NCBI GenBank assembly: GCA_000092065.1
Contig: CP000583.1
Source of the DNA: Ostreococcus lucimarinus
Taxonomy: Eukaryota
DNA: 64,000 bases
Strand: one strand, 5' to 3'
Of the stretch, positions 50,635 to 60,035 are shown one piece after another. A program made the position numbers and the translations under genes. Positions within the stretch are counted from its first letter, which is position 1. The number at the start of each line of letters is the position of its first letter. The notes beneath the pieces were generated by a model. The model did no database searches and was not told where the DNA came from. It was given only the letters and a program-made list of their open reading frames with translations.

Positions 50635-53600
50635 ATGTCGCGCGCAAAGTTCGCGTTTCGCCGGCGACACAGCCGCTTCGTCCTCGATGAGCTGTACTCG
50701 GACGACGACGGTAGCGATGACGAGTTTTCGCAATTCCCAGACGGATTGCCACCGCCGCAGGCGCACGCGGCGGCGCACGCGGGCGTGGATCACGTGCGGA
50801 TATCGTTTTTGGAAGCGCGGGCGTTCGGCGATCGCGCCAAGGGAGCGATGGCGGAGGGAGCGTATCTAGGGATGAGGAACGCGATATTGGAGCGATGGGC
50901 GATCGACGGCGCGTGCGGGACGGCGCTCGAGGAAAAAGACGTCGCGCGGGCGCTCGGGGCGCGCGAGGCGGACGACGTGGCGTATGCGGTGGATTTGTTT
51001 CGGTGGTTGGAGGAGAACGGGGGGATAAACTATGGGATCTTCAAGGAGGCGGCGAAACGCGAGAGCGACGCCGAGACGAAGGCGGACGCGGACGCGAAGG
51101 ATGGGGACGCGCCGACAGAGGCGCGGGTGACGAAAGCGTTGATTGCGGTGCTTAGATCGGCGGATTTAACGGTGGATACCGAGAAGGCGATTCGTCACAA
51201 GCTCGAGGCGCGCATGGGTGTTGGATTGAAGGAGTTTAAACCAGTCATTCGCGAGACGATTGAAAAGTTTTTGGCCAATCCGAGCGAGTTCGCGGACGTC
51301 GAGGACGACGCCGATGACGCCGGAGAGACGATTACGATGGCTGAGATTCCATCGCGACCGGCCCTTGTGGATGCGCGACCGACGATCGTGATCGGGGCCG
51401 GACCCGCCGGTCTCGCAGCGGCGACGATGCTTCGGCGACAAGGTTGCGAAGTCGTCGTTCTTGAAGCGCGTGATCGCGTCGGAGGGCGTGTGTACACGGA
51501 TTCAGAAACCTTCAGCGCTCCCGTAGATCTGGGTGCGTCAATCGTCACTGGCGTGAGTGAAGATCCTAAGCAACGCACTGGGATGCCATGGCTCGGCGTT
51601 CGCGCTGATCCCAGCGGCGTCGTCGCCAAACAGCTGGGCTTGAATCTCGTCGAACTTCGTGAAGGCTGTCCGCTGTACGACACCAAGACTGGTGAACAAG
51701 TTTCAAAGGAAATGGACGAGAAAGTAGAGCGCATCCGTGACTTGGTCATGGATGAAGCTCGCGCCAAGGTGGATGCGGGCGGGGAAAGCCAAATGATAGG
51801 CGCTTCGCTTGGCGAGGCTTTGAAGGAGGCGACGGAGAATTACTTTTTGAAGCTCGTACAAGACGACGGCAACGACAGTGATGATAGTGAGACACACGCC
51901 GCTGTACGGACCGAGCAGGCGGCTCGAATGGGTCAGACCGAACGCCGCCTGCTCGATTGGCACTGGGCTAATCTTGAGTACGGTTGCAGCGCATCGTTGA
52001 ATGATATTTCGTTACCACACTGGAACCAAGACGAGACGTTCGGGGGGTTCGGCGGTGCACACTGCATGGTTAGTGGTGGCTATGGAACGATCATGTCTCG
52101 ACTGGCGGAGGGTCTTGATGTTCGTCTCGGTATGCCTGTTGCCGAAGTGCGTCACGATGCAAACGGCGTTGTCGTTGAAACGAAAGATGGGCAGCAGATT
52201 GAAGGTGCTTCCGTCGTCGTCACCGTCCCGCTTGGTTGTCTCAAGGCTGGTGACGTGAAGTTCAGCCCACCGCTCGGAGATATGAAGTCGAGCGCGGTTG
52301 AGCGTCTCGGCTACGGAAACTTGAACAAAGTTATCCTTGAATTTGACGAGGCGTTTTGGGATCAATCGGTTGATTATTTTGGCTCCGCCATCGATAGTGC
52401 AGAGAATCGCGGGCGAAGTTTTATGTTTTGGAACTTAGTGCCAGTAAGTGGCAAGCCCATGCTGATCTCTCTCATCGCCGGCGACGCCGCGAAATCGGCT
52501 GAAACCGAAGGTTCGGAGTCCATAGTGAAATCTGTTCTTGCGACGCTGGCGAGAATCTGTTTCCCGGAAGATCCGTCGAAGATGCCTCCTTTGAAGCAAT
52601 CTCTCGTTACTCGATGGCAGTCCGATCCCTATGCGCGAGGATCGTACTCCTACGTTGCCACTGGCTCGAAGGGAGCTTCTGATTACGACGATTTGGGTAA
52701 GCCCGAAGGACGCGTGCTCTTCGCGGGTGAACACACCTGTAAGGAACATCCAGACACTGTTGGCGGTGCGATGCTCACCGGTTGGCGTGCGGCGCGTCAA
52801 GCGCTGGCGATCGCTCGCGGAAAAGAGGTGCACGATGAAGTGTTCAATTTGGATGAAATGCGCGCGGCGATCGCGAAGCGTAACGTCGATGTGGAGTACG
52901 CATTGGATGAAGAGGAGAACGCGCTCGACCACGTCATCGATCCGAGCGAGTTGTATCGTCGACGTGCGCAAGAAGATTACCTCGCCGATGCGGGTAAAGA
53001 GGAGGCAAAAATCATTTACCGCATTATGTCTGCGGTAGAAACTGGCGAAAAAGTTGACGTTCCAATCGAATTCGCCACTGTCATGTTGAAATTGAGAACC
53101 GTTCCGGGCCGAAGAGCGATGATCAACGCTTTGGTTGATGACGTAAGCGCAAGCGATCGCCGAGACTGGGCGCTGAAGCACGAGGGTTTGGCCCTTCTCA
53201 ACGAATGGATGCTTGATTCGAAGAATCATGCGAAGACATCGGAGACTTTAGTGCTGATGAGGCGCATGTTGGAGCTGTTGTTGGTGATTCCGTCAGATCT
53301 CGCCGCGCTTCGTGCGAGCGGCATCCCGAGGACGCTCAAGAATCGCTTCCAAACGCACCAAGACGGACGCGTCCGTCAACTCGCACGTCAATGCGGCCAC
53401 AAGTGGATGCAGGCACTTAGCCGTAAATCTGCTGGTTTGCCGCCGATTGATGACGTGGAGGAGGAGACGAAGAAGAAGGTAGTGCCGGTGCGAAAGAAGC
53501 CATCGCACCTCGGCGCAGCAGTGTTACTTGGGAACGCCACTGTCGAGCAAATGGACGTCGCCAACGACGATGCAGAAGAGACCATCGAAGTCAAACACGT

Positions 53601-54234
53601 CATCGATCCGGTGAAAACCGCTGAGGAAATTCAAGCGAAACGTGATGCCATGATAAGCGCTGCGCACGATTTACCGGAGGGCCAAGCCGCGCTCGCGGCG
53701 CGACAAGCGGCTGAACGCGCGGCGGAACAAGTCAAGGAAGCCATGCGTTTAGCCGAAGAAGCTCAGCGCGCCGCTCGCGAAGCTGAAATCGCGGCGACGG
53801 CTGGTGTCCGCATGTCTAAGAAGAATGTCATCGCATCGTTTGACTCATTCAACGACGCAGCGAGCGCAAAGCGTGAACGCGCCAAGAACAAGAAGCGCAA
53901 GGCTGCGGATGGCGACGATGACGACGATGACGACGATGACGATGAGACACCAGAAATTTCACTTGACGACTATCTCGCTAGAATCAGAAAGCAAGTGCGT
54001 CATTACGTGCACGAGCAGCTTCAAGACAAGCGCGAACGAGGAATCGTCACCAAAGCCGAGTGCAAAAAACTCGAAGAAAAAGTCGTAGAGAAAATTTTGG
54101 ACAATTCCGGTGGCGTCAACGACACCTCCAAGGCGTTCATGACGAGCAAGCGCAAGGAAAAAATCAAAAATCTCATCGGAGCGTACTGCCAATCCACCGT
54201 GAACGCCCGAAAGAAGAGTAAACATTCGCAATAA
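50635..54234 (+). CDS. LSD1-like lysine-specific histone demethylase (SWIRM + flavin amine oxidase) with a long C-terminal extension
   Basis: ATG 50635 in-frame. SWIRM domain (...FLEARAFGDRAKGAMAEGAYLGMRNAILERW...). FAD dinucleotide motif IVIGAGPAGLAAATMLRRQGCEVVVLEARDRVGGRV. Amine-oxidase core through ...LFAGEHTCKEHPDTVGGAMLTGWRAARQ. The C-terminal ~450 aa has a coiled coil, a poly-Asp run, and a DEK-C-like terminal helix bundle (DDYLARIRKQVRHYVHEQL...). Confidence 0.85.
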   Translation: MSRAKFAFRRRHSRFVLDELYSDDDGSDDEFSQFPDGLPPPQAHAAAHAGVDHVRISFLEARAFGDRAKGAMAEGAYLGMRNAILERWAIDGACGTALEEKDVARALGAREADDVAYAVDLFRWLEENGGINYGIFKEAAKRESDAETKADADAKDGDAPTEARVTKALIAVLRSADLTVDTEKAIRHKLEARMGVGLKEFKPVIRETIEKFLANPSEFADVEDDADDAGETITMAEIPSRPALVDARPTIVIGAGPAGLAAATMLRRQGCEVVVLEARDRVGGRVYTDSETFSAPVDLGASIVTGVSEDPKQRTGMPWLGVRADPSGVVAKQLGLNLVELREGCPLYDTKTGEQVSKEMDEKVERIRDLVMDEARAKVDAGGESQMIGASLGEALKEATENYFLKLVQDDGNDSDDSETHAAVRTEQAARMGQTERRLLDWHWANLEYGCSASLNDISLPHWNQDETFGGFGGAHCMVSGGYGTIMSRLAEGLDVRLGMPVAEVRHDANGVVVETKDGQQIEGASVVVTVPLGCLKAGDVKFSPPLGDMKSSAVERLGYGNLNKVILEFDEAFWDQSVDYFGSAIDSAENRGRSFMFWNLVPVSGKPMLISLIAGDAAKSAETEGSESIVKSVLATLARICFPEDPSKMPPLKQSLVTRWQSDPYARGSYSYVATGSKGASDYDDLGKPEGRVLFAGEHTCKEHPDTVGGAMLTGWRAARQALAIARGKEVHDEVFNLDEMRAAIAKRNVDVEYALDEEENALDHVIDPSELYRRRAQEDYLADAGKEEAKIIYRIMSAVETGEKVDVPIEFATVMLKLRTVPGRRAMINALVDDVSASDRRDWALKHEGLALLNEWMLDSKNHAKTSETLVLMRRMLELLLVIPSDLAALRASGIPRTLKNRFQTHQDGRVRQLARQCGHKWMQALSRKSAGLPPIDDVEEETKKKVVPVRKKPSHLGAAVLLGNATVEQMDVANDDAEETIEVKHVIDPVKTAEEIQAKRDAMISAAHDLPEGQAALAARQAAERAAEQVKEAMRLAEEAQRAAREAEIAATAGVRMSKKNVIASFDSFNDAASAKRERAKNKKRKAADGDDDDDDDDDDETPEISLDDYLARIRKQVRHYVHEQLQDKRERGIVTKAECKKLEEKVVEKILDNSGGVNDTSKAFMTSKRKEKIKNLIGAYCQSTVNARKKSKHSQ

Positions 54235-54310
54235 CACTCACTCACGTTTTAGTACTGCCGAGCACCCACCCATCCTTCGTTGGCCGCGCCACACGACACC
54301 TCGCGGCGTC

Positions 54311-55801
54311 ATGTTCTCGGGCGCGGTGAAGATCGCGCCCGACGCTCTGAACGACTTCATCGCCCCCTCGCAGGACTGCGTCGTCGCTCTCGACGGTGGT
54401 AAGCTCAAACTCGACGACGATGGTGCCGTCGGCGCGTCTTCCGAAGACGCCTTCTCCACCGGCGAAGTCGCCCTGCGTCGACGTAAACCGCGCGAAGACG
54501 ACGCCATGGCCGTGGATGCCGAGCCAACGTCGACTTTCACACCGACGATGACGCAGGGCGACGCGCTGAAGGTGTCGCTGAGCGATTGCTTGGCGTGCAG
54601 CGGTTGCGTGACGAGCGCGGAGAGCGTGCTGCTGGAACAACAATCCGTGGATGAGTTCGCACAGGCGTGCGCGCGCGCGCGGAGCGACGGAACGAGCGTC
54701 GTCGTCGCGAGCGTCAGCCCGCAGTCGTTGATGAGCCTGAGCGAGGCGTATGGATTGGGAGTGGAGGAGACGCGCGCGCGGCTTGGCGGGCTGTTGAAGG
54801 CGGGATTCGGCGCGGCGAGGGCGTTTGATACGTCATTTAGTCGGGATATAGCGCTCGTGGAGACGTTTGCAGAGTTTACGGAGTGGATGCGAGACGGCGC
54901 GAGGACGCCGATGTTGGCGAGTGCGTGTCCGGGGTGGGTGTGTTACGCGGAGAAGACGCACGGCGAACTCGCGGTGCCGCACATGGCAACGACGAAGAGT
55001 CCGCAGCAAATCATGGGAAGGTTTGTGAAGAGCGCGGTCGCGCGCGAACTTGGCGTACCAGCACATAACGTGTACCACGTGAGCGTGATGCCGTGCTACG
55101 ACAAAAAGCTCGAGGCGACTCGCGATGATTTCGAGAGCGACGGTGTCAAGGATGTCGACGTCGTGCTCACGACGGGCGAGGTGGCTTTGTTATTAGAAAA
55201 GGCTGGTTTGTGCCATTTGAGAGACGCGCCGGCAAATGATTTTGACGCATTCGTGAGCACAAACGAACAAGCACCAGAAAGTGTGTGCGCAGCGCCGGCG
55301 GTATCGGGATCTGGGGGATACGCCGAGTACGTTTTCCGGCGCGCGGCGGCGGAGTTGTTCAATGCTCCGATAACTGGAGAGATTGACTGGGTCAAGATGC
55401 GCAACGCGGACATGCGTGAGGCCACACTAACGATCAATGGTGAAGCTGTTCTACGCGTGGCTGTCGCGTATGGTTTCAGAAACATTCAAAATCTTGTTCG
55501 AAGCATCAAATTAAAAAAGAGCAAGCACCATTTCGTCGAGATAATGGCGTGTCCTTCGGGATGCTTGAATGGCGGCGGTCAAATCCCAGCGCGCGAGGGA
55601 ACTGCGAACAAAGAATTGATCGACAGACTGGATGATACGTATAGGGAAAACGCACGCGCACGACCGATGGCGGATGTGTCGACGCTCTATCGCGAATGGA
55701 TCGGCGGAAATCCAGGATCGTCAAACGCTCGCGAAGCGCTTCGAACGCAATATCACATTCGCGCAAAATCCGTCGGAGTCGTCCAACTGAACAGTTGGTA
55801 G
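54311..55801 (+). CDS. NARFL: Cytosolic Fe-S assembly factor Nar1/NARFL ([FeFe]-hydrogenase-like protein)
   Basis: ATG 54311 verified. The N-terminus MFSGAVKIAPDALNDFIAPSQDCV matches the Nar1 DLNDFISPALAC signature. The H-cluster-like domain Cys motifs are present (CLACSGCVTS, ASACPGWVCYAEK, VMPCYDKKLEA, MACPSGCLNGGGQ). Confidence 0.8.
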   Translation: MFSGAVKIAPDALNDFIAPSQDCVVALDGGKLKLDDDGAVGASSEDAFSTGEVALRRRKPREDDAMAVDAEPTSTFTPTMTQGDALKVSLSDCLACSGCVTSAESVLLEQQSVDEFAQACARARSDGTSVVVASVSPQSLMSLSEAYGLGVEETRARLGGLLKAGFGAARAFDTSFSRDIALVETFAEFTEWMRDGARTPMLASACPGWVCYAEKTHGELAVPHMATTKSPQQIMGRFVKSAVARELGVPAHNVYHVSVMPCYDKKLEATRDDFESDGVKDVDVVLTTGEVALLLEKAGLCHLRDAPANDFDAFVSTNEQAPESVCAAPAVSGSGGYAEYVFRRAAAELFNAPITGEIDWVKMRNADMREATLTINGEAVLRVAVAYGFRNIQNLVRSIKLKKSKHHFVEIMACPSGCLNGGGQIPAREGTANKELIDRLDDTYRENARARPMADVSTLYREWIGGNPGSSNAREALRTQYHIRAKSVGVVQLNSW

Positions 55802-55856
55802 CTGCTAGCTAGATCTAGGTATAGAGTTACAAACAGCGTTGTAATTGAGTAATAGG

Positions 55857-57497
55857 TTAAAAGACGCTTCTTGGCCGCGGTCCGACGTCAAGCTTGATTT
55901 CATCCGGGCGCAGGGTAATCAAAGCTTTTGGCTTTGGCGCGCTCGATCCCGGGGGAAGACGTAGTTCGCACGCGTTGCAAATAAGTGCGAGTAAAAGAAC
56001 ACTCTCCATCATAGCGAACCCAGTGCCGATGCACACGCGAGGGCCGCCTCCAAACGGGAAGTATGCGTCATTTGGTCCGAGATTTTTCAACGCATCGCGC
56101 GCCAACGTTCCTTCCGAATACGGACTTTTCACCAACCATCGTTCGGGTTTGAACGCTTTGGGGTCGTTCCAATACTGCGAATCTCTTTGAATCAGATACG
56201 GAGCGATCAGAACAGTGGTTCCTTTCGTAATGAACACATCAGATCGAAGCTCCACATCTCTCGCGGCGCATCGACCCACCATGTAAGCTGGCGGGCGAAT
56301 GCGAAGCGTCTCAAGGATACACGCTTCGGTGTACGGAAGTTTCGAGAAATCACTCGCATCGAGCGACGAGCCAGCATTTTCCTTGGTTTTCAAGTGTTGT
56401 CGGACCTCGGTGGCTATCTTATCGCCCACATATGGCCTTTCAGCGATGAGCGCGCACGCCCATGACAACAAAATTGCGCTTGTCTCTTGTCCCGCAACCA
56501 TGAGTGTCATGAGCTCATCGCGAAGGGCTTTGTCCGACATCCCCGTTGCGTCGTTGCCGTCACCCTCGTTCTCATCCTTTTCAAGCAACAAACGATCGAG
56601 CAAGTCCAATTCATTATTTTGTTCTCCACTCGCCATGGCTCGACGACGTTTGGCAATGATACTGTACACCTCCTCATCGAGTCTTTTGACCGCATCGTTG
56701 TACCGCACGTTATCAAAAGTCGGCGCCCACTCGGGAATAATCATTCCCGTCGCCGCTCGCCGACCAAAAAATTCAAAGCTATCCTTAATCGCACCATTAA
56801 TCTTACTCGCTCTCGCACCGACGACGTCTGCCCCGAACAACGCACTCGCCACAATTTCCAACGTTGCATCGTTAAAATCCGCGTACACGTCCCGCCTTCC
56901 CCGCCTCGACCACGTCTTATTCACTAACCTCTCACCTACCTCAATCATGCACCGCGCGTACGTCTCGACCGCCGCCTTGCGAAACGCCGGATTACTCAAC
57001 CGTCGCTGTCGAGCCCACGTCTCGCCGTCGCTCACCAATAACCCATTCCCCGCCAACGACGATCCAGGAAAGAACGCCGTGCCATCTTTTTGAAAACATT
57101 CGCTCTGATCCACCAAAACCGCTCTCGCCAGCGCCGGCGAGCTGACGAGGACGACGTTTTCTCCCGCGAGCGTCAGCCCGACTGCGTCGCCGTGCGCCTC
57201 TCTCGCGCGTTCCAAAAACTTTAACGGATCGTACACCAACTCCAGCGCCACGTCCTCGCGCGGTCCTCGCGGAAATCGCGCTGGCTTTACGTTCGCGTTT
57301 CCCGCGACGTCGCGCGCGACGCCACCGAGCGCGCGAAGCGTCGCGACGGCGACCGCGTCCAGCGTCCCTCGAAGCGCATCGTCTTCCCCAGCCTTCGTCG
57401 CCCCCGACCGTCGCGCGCGCCCGGACGCGCGCGCGCGACGCCCCGAGCATCGCCCCGCGCGCGCCACGCGCGCGCCGCCGCGCGTCGCCGTCGACAT
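55857..57497 (-). CDS. Cytochrome P450 with N-terminal transit-peptide-like extension (possibly CYP97-type carotenoid hydroxylase)
   Basis: ATG 57497 verified. Heme-binding loop FPFGGGPRVCIGTGFA, ExxR (ETLRIRP), I-helix AGQETSA. The N-terminal 45 aa are Arg/Ala/Ser-rich. The CYP97 assignment is inferred from the transit peptide plus length and is not verified. Confidence 0.8.
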   Translation of the reverse strand: MSTATRGGARVARAGRCSGRRARASGRARRSGATKAGEDDALRGTLDAVAVATLRALGGVARDVAGNANVKPARFPRGPREDVALELVYDPLKFLERAREAHGDAVGLTLAGENVVLVSSPALARAVLVDQSECFQKDGTAFFPGSSLAGNGLLVSDGETWARQRRLSNPAFRKAAVETYARCMIEVGERLVNKTWSRRGRRDVYADFNDATLEIVASALFGADVVGARASKINGAIKDSFEFFGRRAATGMIIPEWAPTFDNVRYNDAVKRLDEEVYSIIAKRRRAMASGEQNNELDLLDRLLLEKDENEGDGNDATGMSDKALRDELMTLMVAGQETSAILLSWACALIAERPYVGDKIATEVRQHLKTKENAGSSLDASDFSKLPYTEACILETLRIRPPAYMVGRCAARDVELRSDVFITKGTTVLIAPYLIQRDSQYWNDPKAFKPERWLVKSPYSEGTLARDALKNLGPNDAYFPFGGGPRVCIGTGFAMMESVLLLALICNACELRLPPGSSAPKPKALITLRPDEIKLDVGPRPRSVF

Positions 57498-57513
57498 CGC
57501 GCGCGCCGTCGCG

Positions 57514-57567
57514 CAGTGTCGAGCGCCACTCGTCGACGTGCAGTGTCGAGCGCCACTCGTCGACGAT
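57514..57567. repeat. 27-bp perfect direct duplication (cagtgtcgagcgccactcgtcgacgtg x2) immediately 5' of the P450 start codon
   Basis: Seen directly. It lies in the P450 5' UTR/promoter, 17-70 nt upstream of ATG 57497 (minus strand). Confidence 0.8.
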
Positions 57568-57636
57568 CGCCGCGCGCGCTTCGATCGACCTCCGCGTCGC
57601 CGGCGACCGGGCGACGAACGGCGCGCGCGTCACCAC

Positions 57637-57852
57637 ATGGGCGTCCTCGCGAACCTGTTCGGCGGCTCGAAGTCGTCGAAAACGACGCCCAAGGCGCCGC
57701 AAACGCCGCACGCGAGTTGCGCGCAATCGAGCGGTGGCGGCGCGCGCGGCGCGTGCGGAAGCGCGGGGAGCGCGTGCCCGTGGAGGGATTGCCGGTGCGG
57801 AGCGAATTGTAAGTGCGGAGCGAATTGTAAGTGCGGGAGCGTGCGACGGTAG
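57637..57852 (+). CDS. Candidate small Cys-rich metallothionein-like protein (71 aa). Speculative
   Basis: ATG 57637 ... ACPWRDCRCGANCKCGANCKCGSVRR*. There are 9 Cys, with C-x-C-G-x-N-C-K-C-G repeats generated by an 18-bp tandem duplication (tgcggagcgaattgtaag x2, ~57795-57830). It lies in the divergent spacer between the P450 and DHHC genes. Confidence 0.3.
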   Translation: MGVLANLFGGSKSSKTTPKAPQTPHASCAQSSGGGARGACGSAGSACPWRDCRCGANCKCGANCKCGSVRR

Positions 57853-57944
57853 ACGGGCGAGCGCGCGATCGGGATCGCGGGTGGATAACGCGGCGCGAAC
57901 GGGACGGGCGAGAGGGGACGCGCGGCGAGGATTGGACGAACGTG

Positions 57945-58865
57945 ATGGCGGAAAACGTCGGAATGAACCGAAGAGTACGCGCGCGGACGTGCGCGCGACG
58001 GTGCGTGGGGAAACTGAACCTGCCGGTGGTGCTGGTGCTCGGGATGTACTCTTACGTGTACGAGACGACGAAGACGTACGCGTTTCACGAAGGACGCGCG
58101 GGAGGGCTGGCGGAGCTCGTCTTCGCGCTCACCGCGGGGCTGGGGATGGTTATGTATGCGTGCACGGTGTTGAGAGATCCGGGGAGGGTTCCGGGGGATT
58201 ACGTGCCCAAGGTTGAGGAGGGAGACGCGCTTGTGGAGGCGAAACGGAAAGGCGGGGGATTTCGATTTTGTCAAAAGTGCGAACGGCACAAACCGCCGCG
58301 GACGCATCACTGTCGCGTGTGTAAGCGGTGCGTGTTGCGCATGGATCATCACTGTGTTTGGGTGAATAACTGCGTGGGGCACTATAATTACAAGAGTTTC
58401 TTCTTGTTTTTGTTTTACGCCACGATTTCGCTGTGCCAAGCGGCGTACCATCTCGGAAATTTTGCGGCGAGTGAAATCTTCAACCCGCGCGGGTCCAAGT
58501 TTGACGACTACAAAGCTTCCTCGCTCGTCATCGGATGTTTGGTGGTAACGTGCACGCTCACGATCGCCCTCGCCGCACTCTTCGTGTGGCACGTGCGACT
58601 CGTGGTGAACAACAAGACGACCATCGAGCACTACGAAGGCGTGCGTTCGAGATACAACAACATCCCCACCGTCGTCGAGCATCCATACTCGCTCGGTTTG
58701 CTCGCCAACTTGCGAGAGATACTAGGTAGAAATGTTTTGTTCTGGTTCACCCCGGGTTGCAAAATTAGCGGCGACGGCACGCGGTATCCGAATGTTTTGG
58801 AAATGTCGCGAGAGCGATGGGACCGAACCGTTCGCACCAAGGAGCGCGAGCTCACGGTGCTCTAA
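57945..58865 (+). CDS. DHHC-type protein S-acyltransferase (palmitoyltransferase)
   Basis: ATG 57945 in-frame in the track ORF. Four TM helices flank the DHHC-CRD: CQKCERHKPPRTHHCRVCKRCVLRMDHHCVWVNNCVGHYNYKSF. Confidence 0.8.
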   Translation: MAENVGMNRRVRARTCARRCVGKLNLPVVLVLGMYSYVYETTKTYAFHEGRAGGLAELVFALTAGLGMVMYACTVLRDPGRVPGDYVPKVEEGDALVEAKRKGGGFRFCQKCERHKPPRTHHCRVCKRCVLRMDHHCVWVNNCVGHYNYKSFFLFLFYATISLCQAAYHLGNFAASEIFNPRGSKFDDYKASSLVIGCLVVTCTLTIALAALFVWHVRLVVNNKTTIEHYEGVRSRYNNIPTVVEHPYSLGLLANLREILGRNVLFWFTPGCKISGDGTRYPNVLEMSRERWDRTVRTKERELTVL

Positions 58866-59002
58866 TCTTTTCGCCCCGCCGCGGCGTTGAATTAATAATG
58901 ACACACACAAGCTATATTCATCACGCTTCATCGCGACGATGACACGCGTCGGAGTCTCGCGTCGAACGTTCCGTCGTCCGCGGCGTCACTTCGCGCCTCG
59001 CC

Positions 59003-60001
59003 ATGGTGATTGCCCAGCGCAGCCTCCGCGTCGTCCTCGCGTGCGCGCTCGCGCTTCTCGCGCTCGCCTGCACCGCGCGCGCGCACGCACCGGTGCTGCC
59101 GAACCTCCCGAACCTCCCTCCGAACCTGCACGCCGCGCTGTCGACCGTGGACGTGTCGAAATGTCCCGAGCACAAGAGCGGACATCGTCGCGCCAACACC
59201 GCCGGGAACGCGCACCTGAAGCGCGGCGCGCACGACACCGCGCTCGCGTGCTACGTCGCCGCGCTGTCGTCCAAGATGAATTTCCCGCCCGCGCTGTACG
59301 GAGTGGGAGAGACGTTCGCGAGGCGCGCGCCGGGCGGATTTGAGCTCGCGCGAGAGAGTTTCGAGCTCGCGCTTCGACACTGGCCAGAATACGCGGACGC
59401 GGCGATCGCGCTTGGTGATCTGTGGAGCGCGGTTCGGGGAGATCGAGCGCGAGCGGAGACGTATTACGCGCGCGCGACAAAGGCGAAACCGGGAGATGCG
59501 CTGTCGTGGGAAGCGTTGGCGTCGAATCAATACGAGGATGGACGATTGGACGACGCGTTGGCGTCGTACAACGAGGCGTTGAATGCGGTTCGACAAGCGC
59601 CTGGATTGTATTTTAGTCGAGGAAAGGTGCATCGCGCGAAGAAGGATTACGGCGCGTGCGTCGAGGACGCGCAACAGGCGCTGAAGCTAGCGGAGAACTT
59701 TGGACAGGCGTATCATTTATTGGCAACGTGCGAGGAAAAGTTGCTCGGCGCCGCGGCACTTGAAGTGGATGCGCACTACCGCGCGGCGATCGAACACGAA
59801 CCCGAATTCGCGGACCACTTTTTGGACTTTGTGCATTTCATTTATCGCAACGACGAATCGCGCCTGAAGGAGGCGCGAGAAATCTTGAGCAAAGCGCACG
59901 CGTCGATGGAGGACAACGGCGAACGCGCCAAGCTCGAGCGAGGCACGCGAGAGTTTGAAGAATTTGCGTCGCGCAGGGCGCACGATAACAGCGAGCTTTA
60001 A
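59003..60001 (+). CDS. Secreted/organelle-lumen TPR-repeat protein
   Basis: ATG 59003 verified. The N-terminus MVIAQRSLRVVLACALALLALACTARAHA is a signal peptide. Several TPR-like units follow (AHLKRGAHDTALACYVAAL..., YARATKAKPGDALSWEALASNQYEDGRLDDALASYNEALN...). Confidence 0.55.
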   Translation: MVIAQRSLRVVLACALALLALACTARAHAPVLPNLPNLPPNLHAALSTVDVSKCPEHKSGHRRANTAGNAHLKRGAHDTALACYVAALSSKMNFPPALYGVGETFARRAPGGFELARESFELALRHWPEYADAAIALGDLWSAVRGDRARAETYYARATKAKPGDALSWEALASNQYEDGRLDDALASYNEALNAVRQAPGLYFSRGKVHRAKKDYGACVEDAQQALKLAENFGQAYHLLATCEEKLLGAAALEVDAHYRAAIEHEPEFADHFLDFVHFIYRNDESRLKEAREILSKAHASMEDNGERAKLERGTREFEEFASRRAHDNSEL

Positions 60002-60035
60002 TTCACAATTACATGCACAGCGTAATAATACGTTT

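Noticed and set aside
51553-51633. In-frame GTGAGT...CAG segment inside the LSD1-like gene as a candidate intron
   Set aside because: No ACTGAC motif is present. The encoded residues (..PSGVVAKQLGLNLVELREGCPLY) align with conserved amine-oxidase sequence of plant LSD1-like proteins, so it is coding.
54311-55801. Possible true [FeFe]-hydrogenase (HydA)
   Set aside because: The N-terminus (LNDFIAPSQDCV) and the overall 496-aa layout match Nar1/NARFL, the cytosolic Fe-S assembly factor. The ferredoxin-like or plastid-targeting features of algal HydA are absent.
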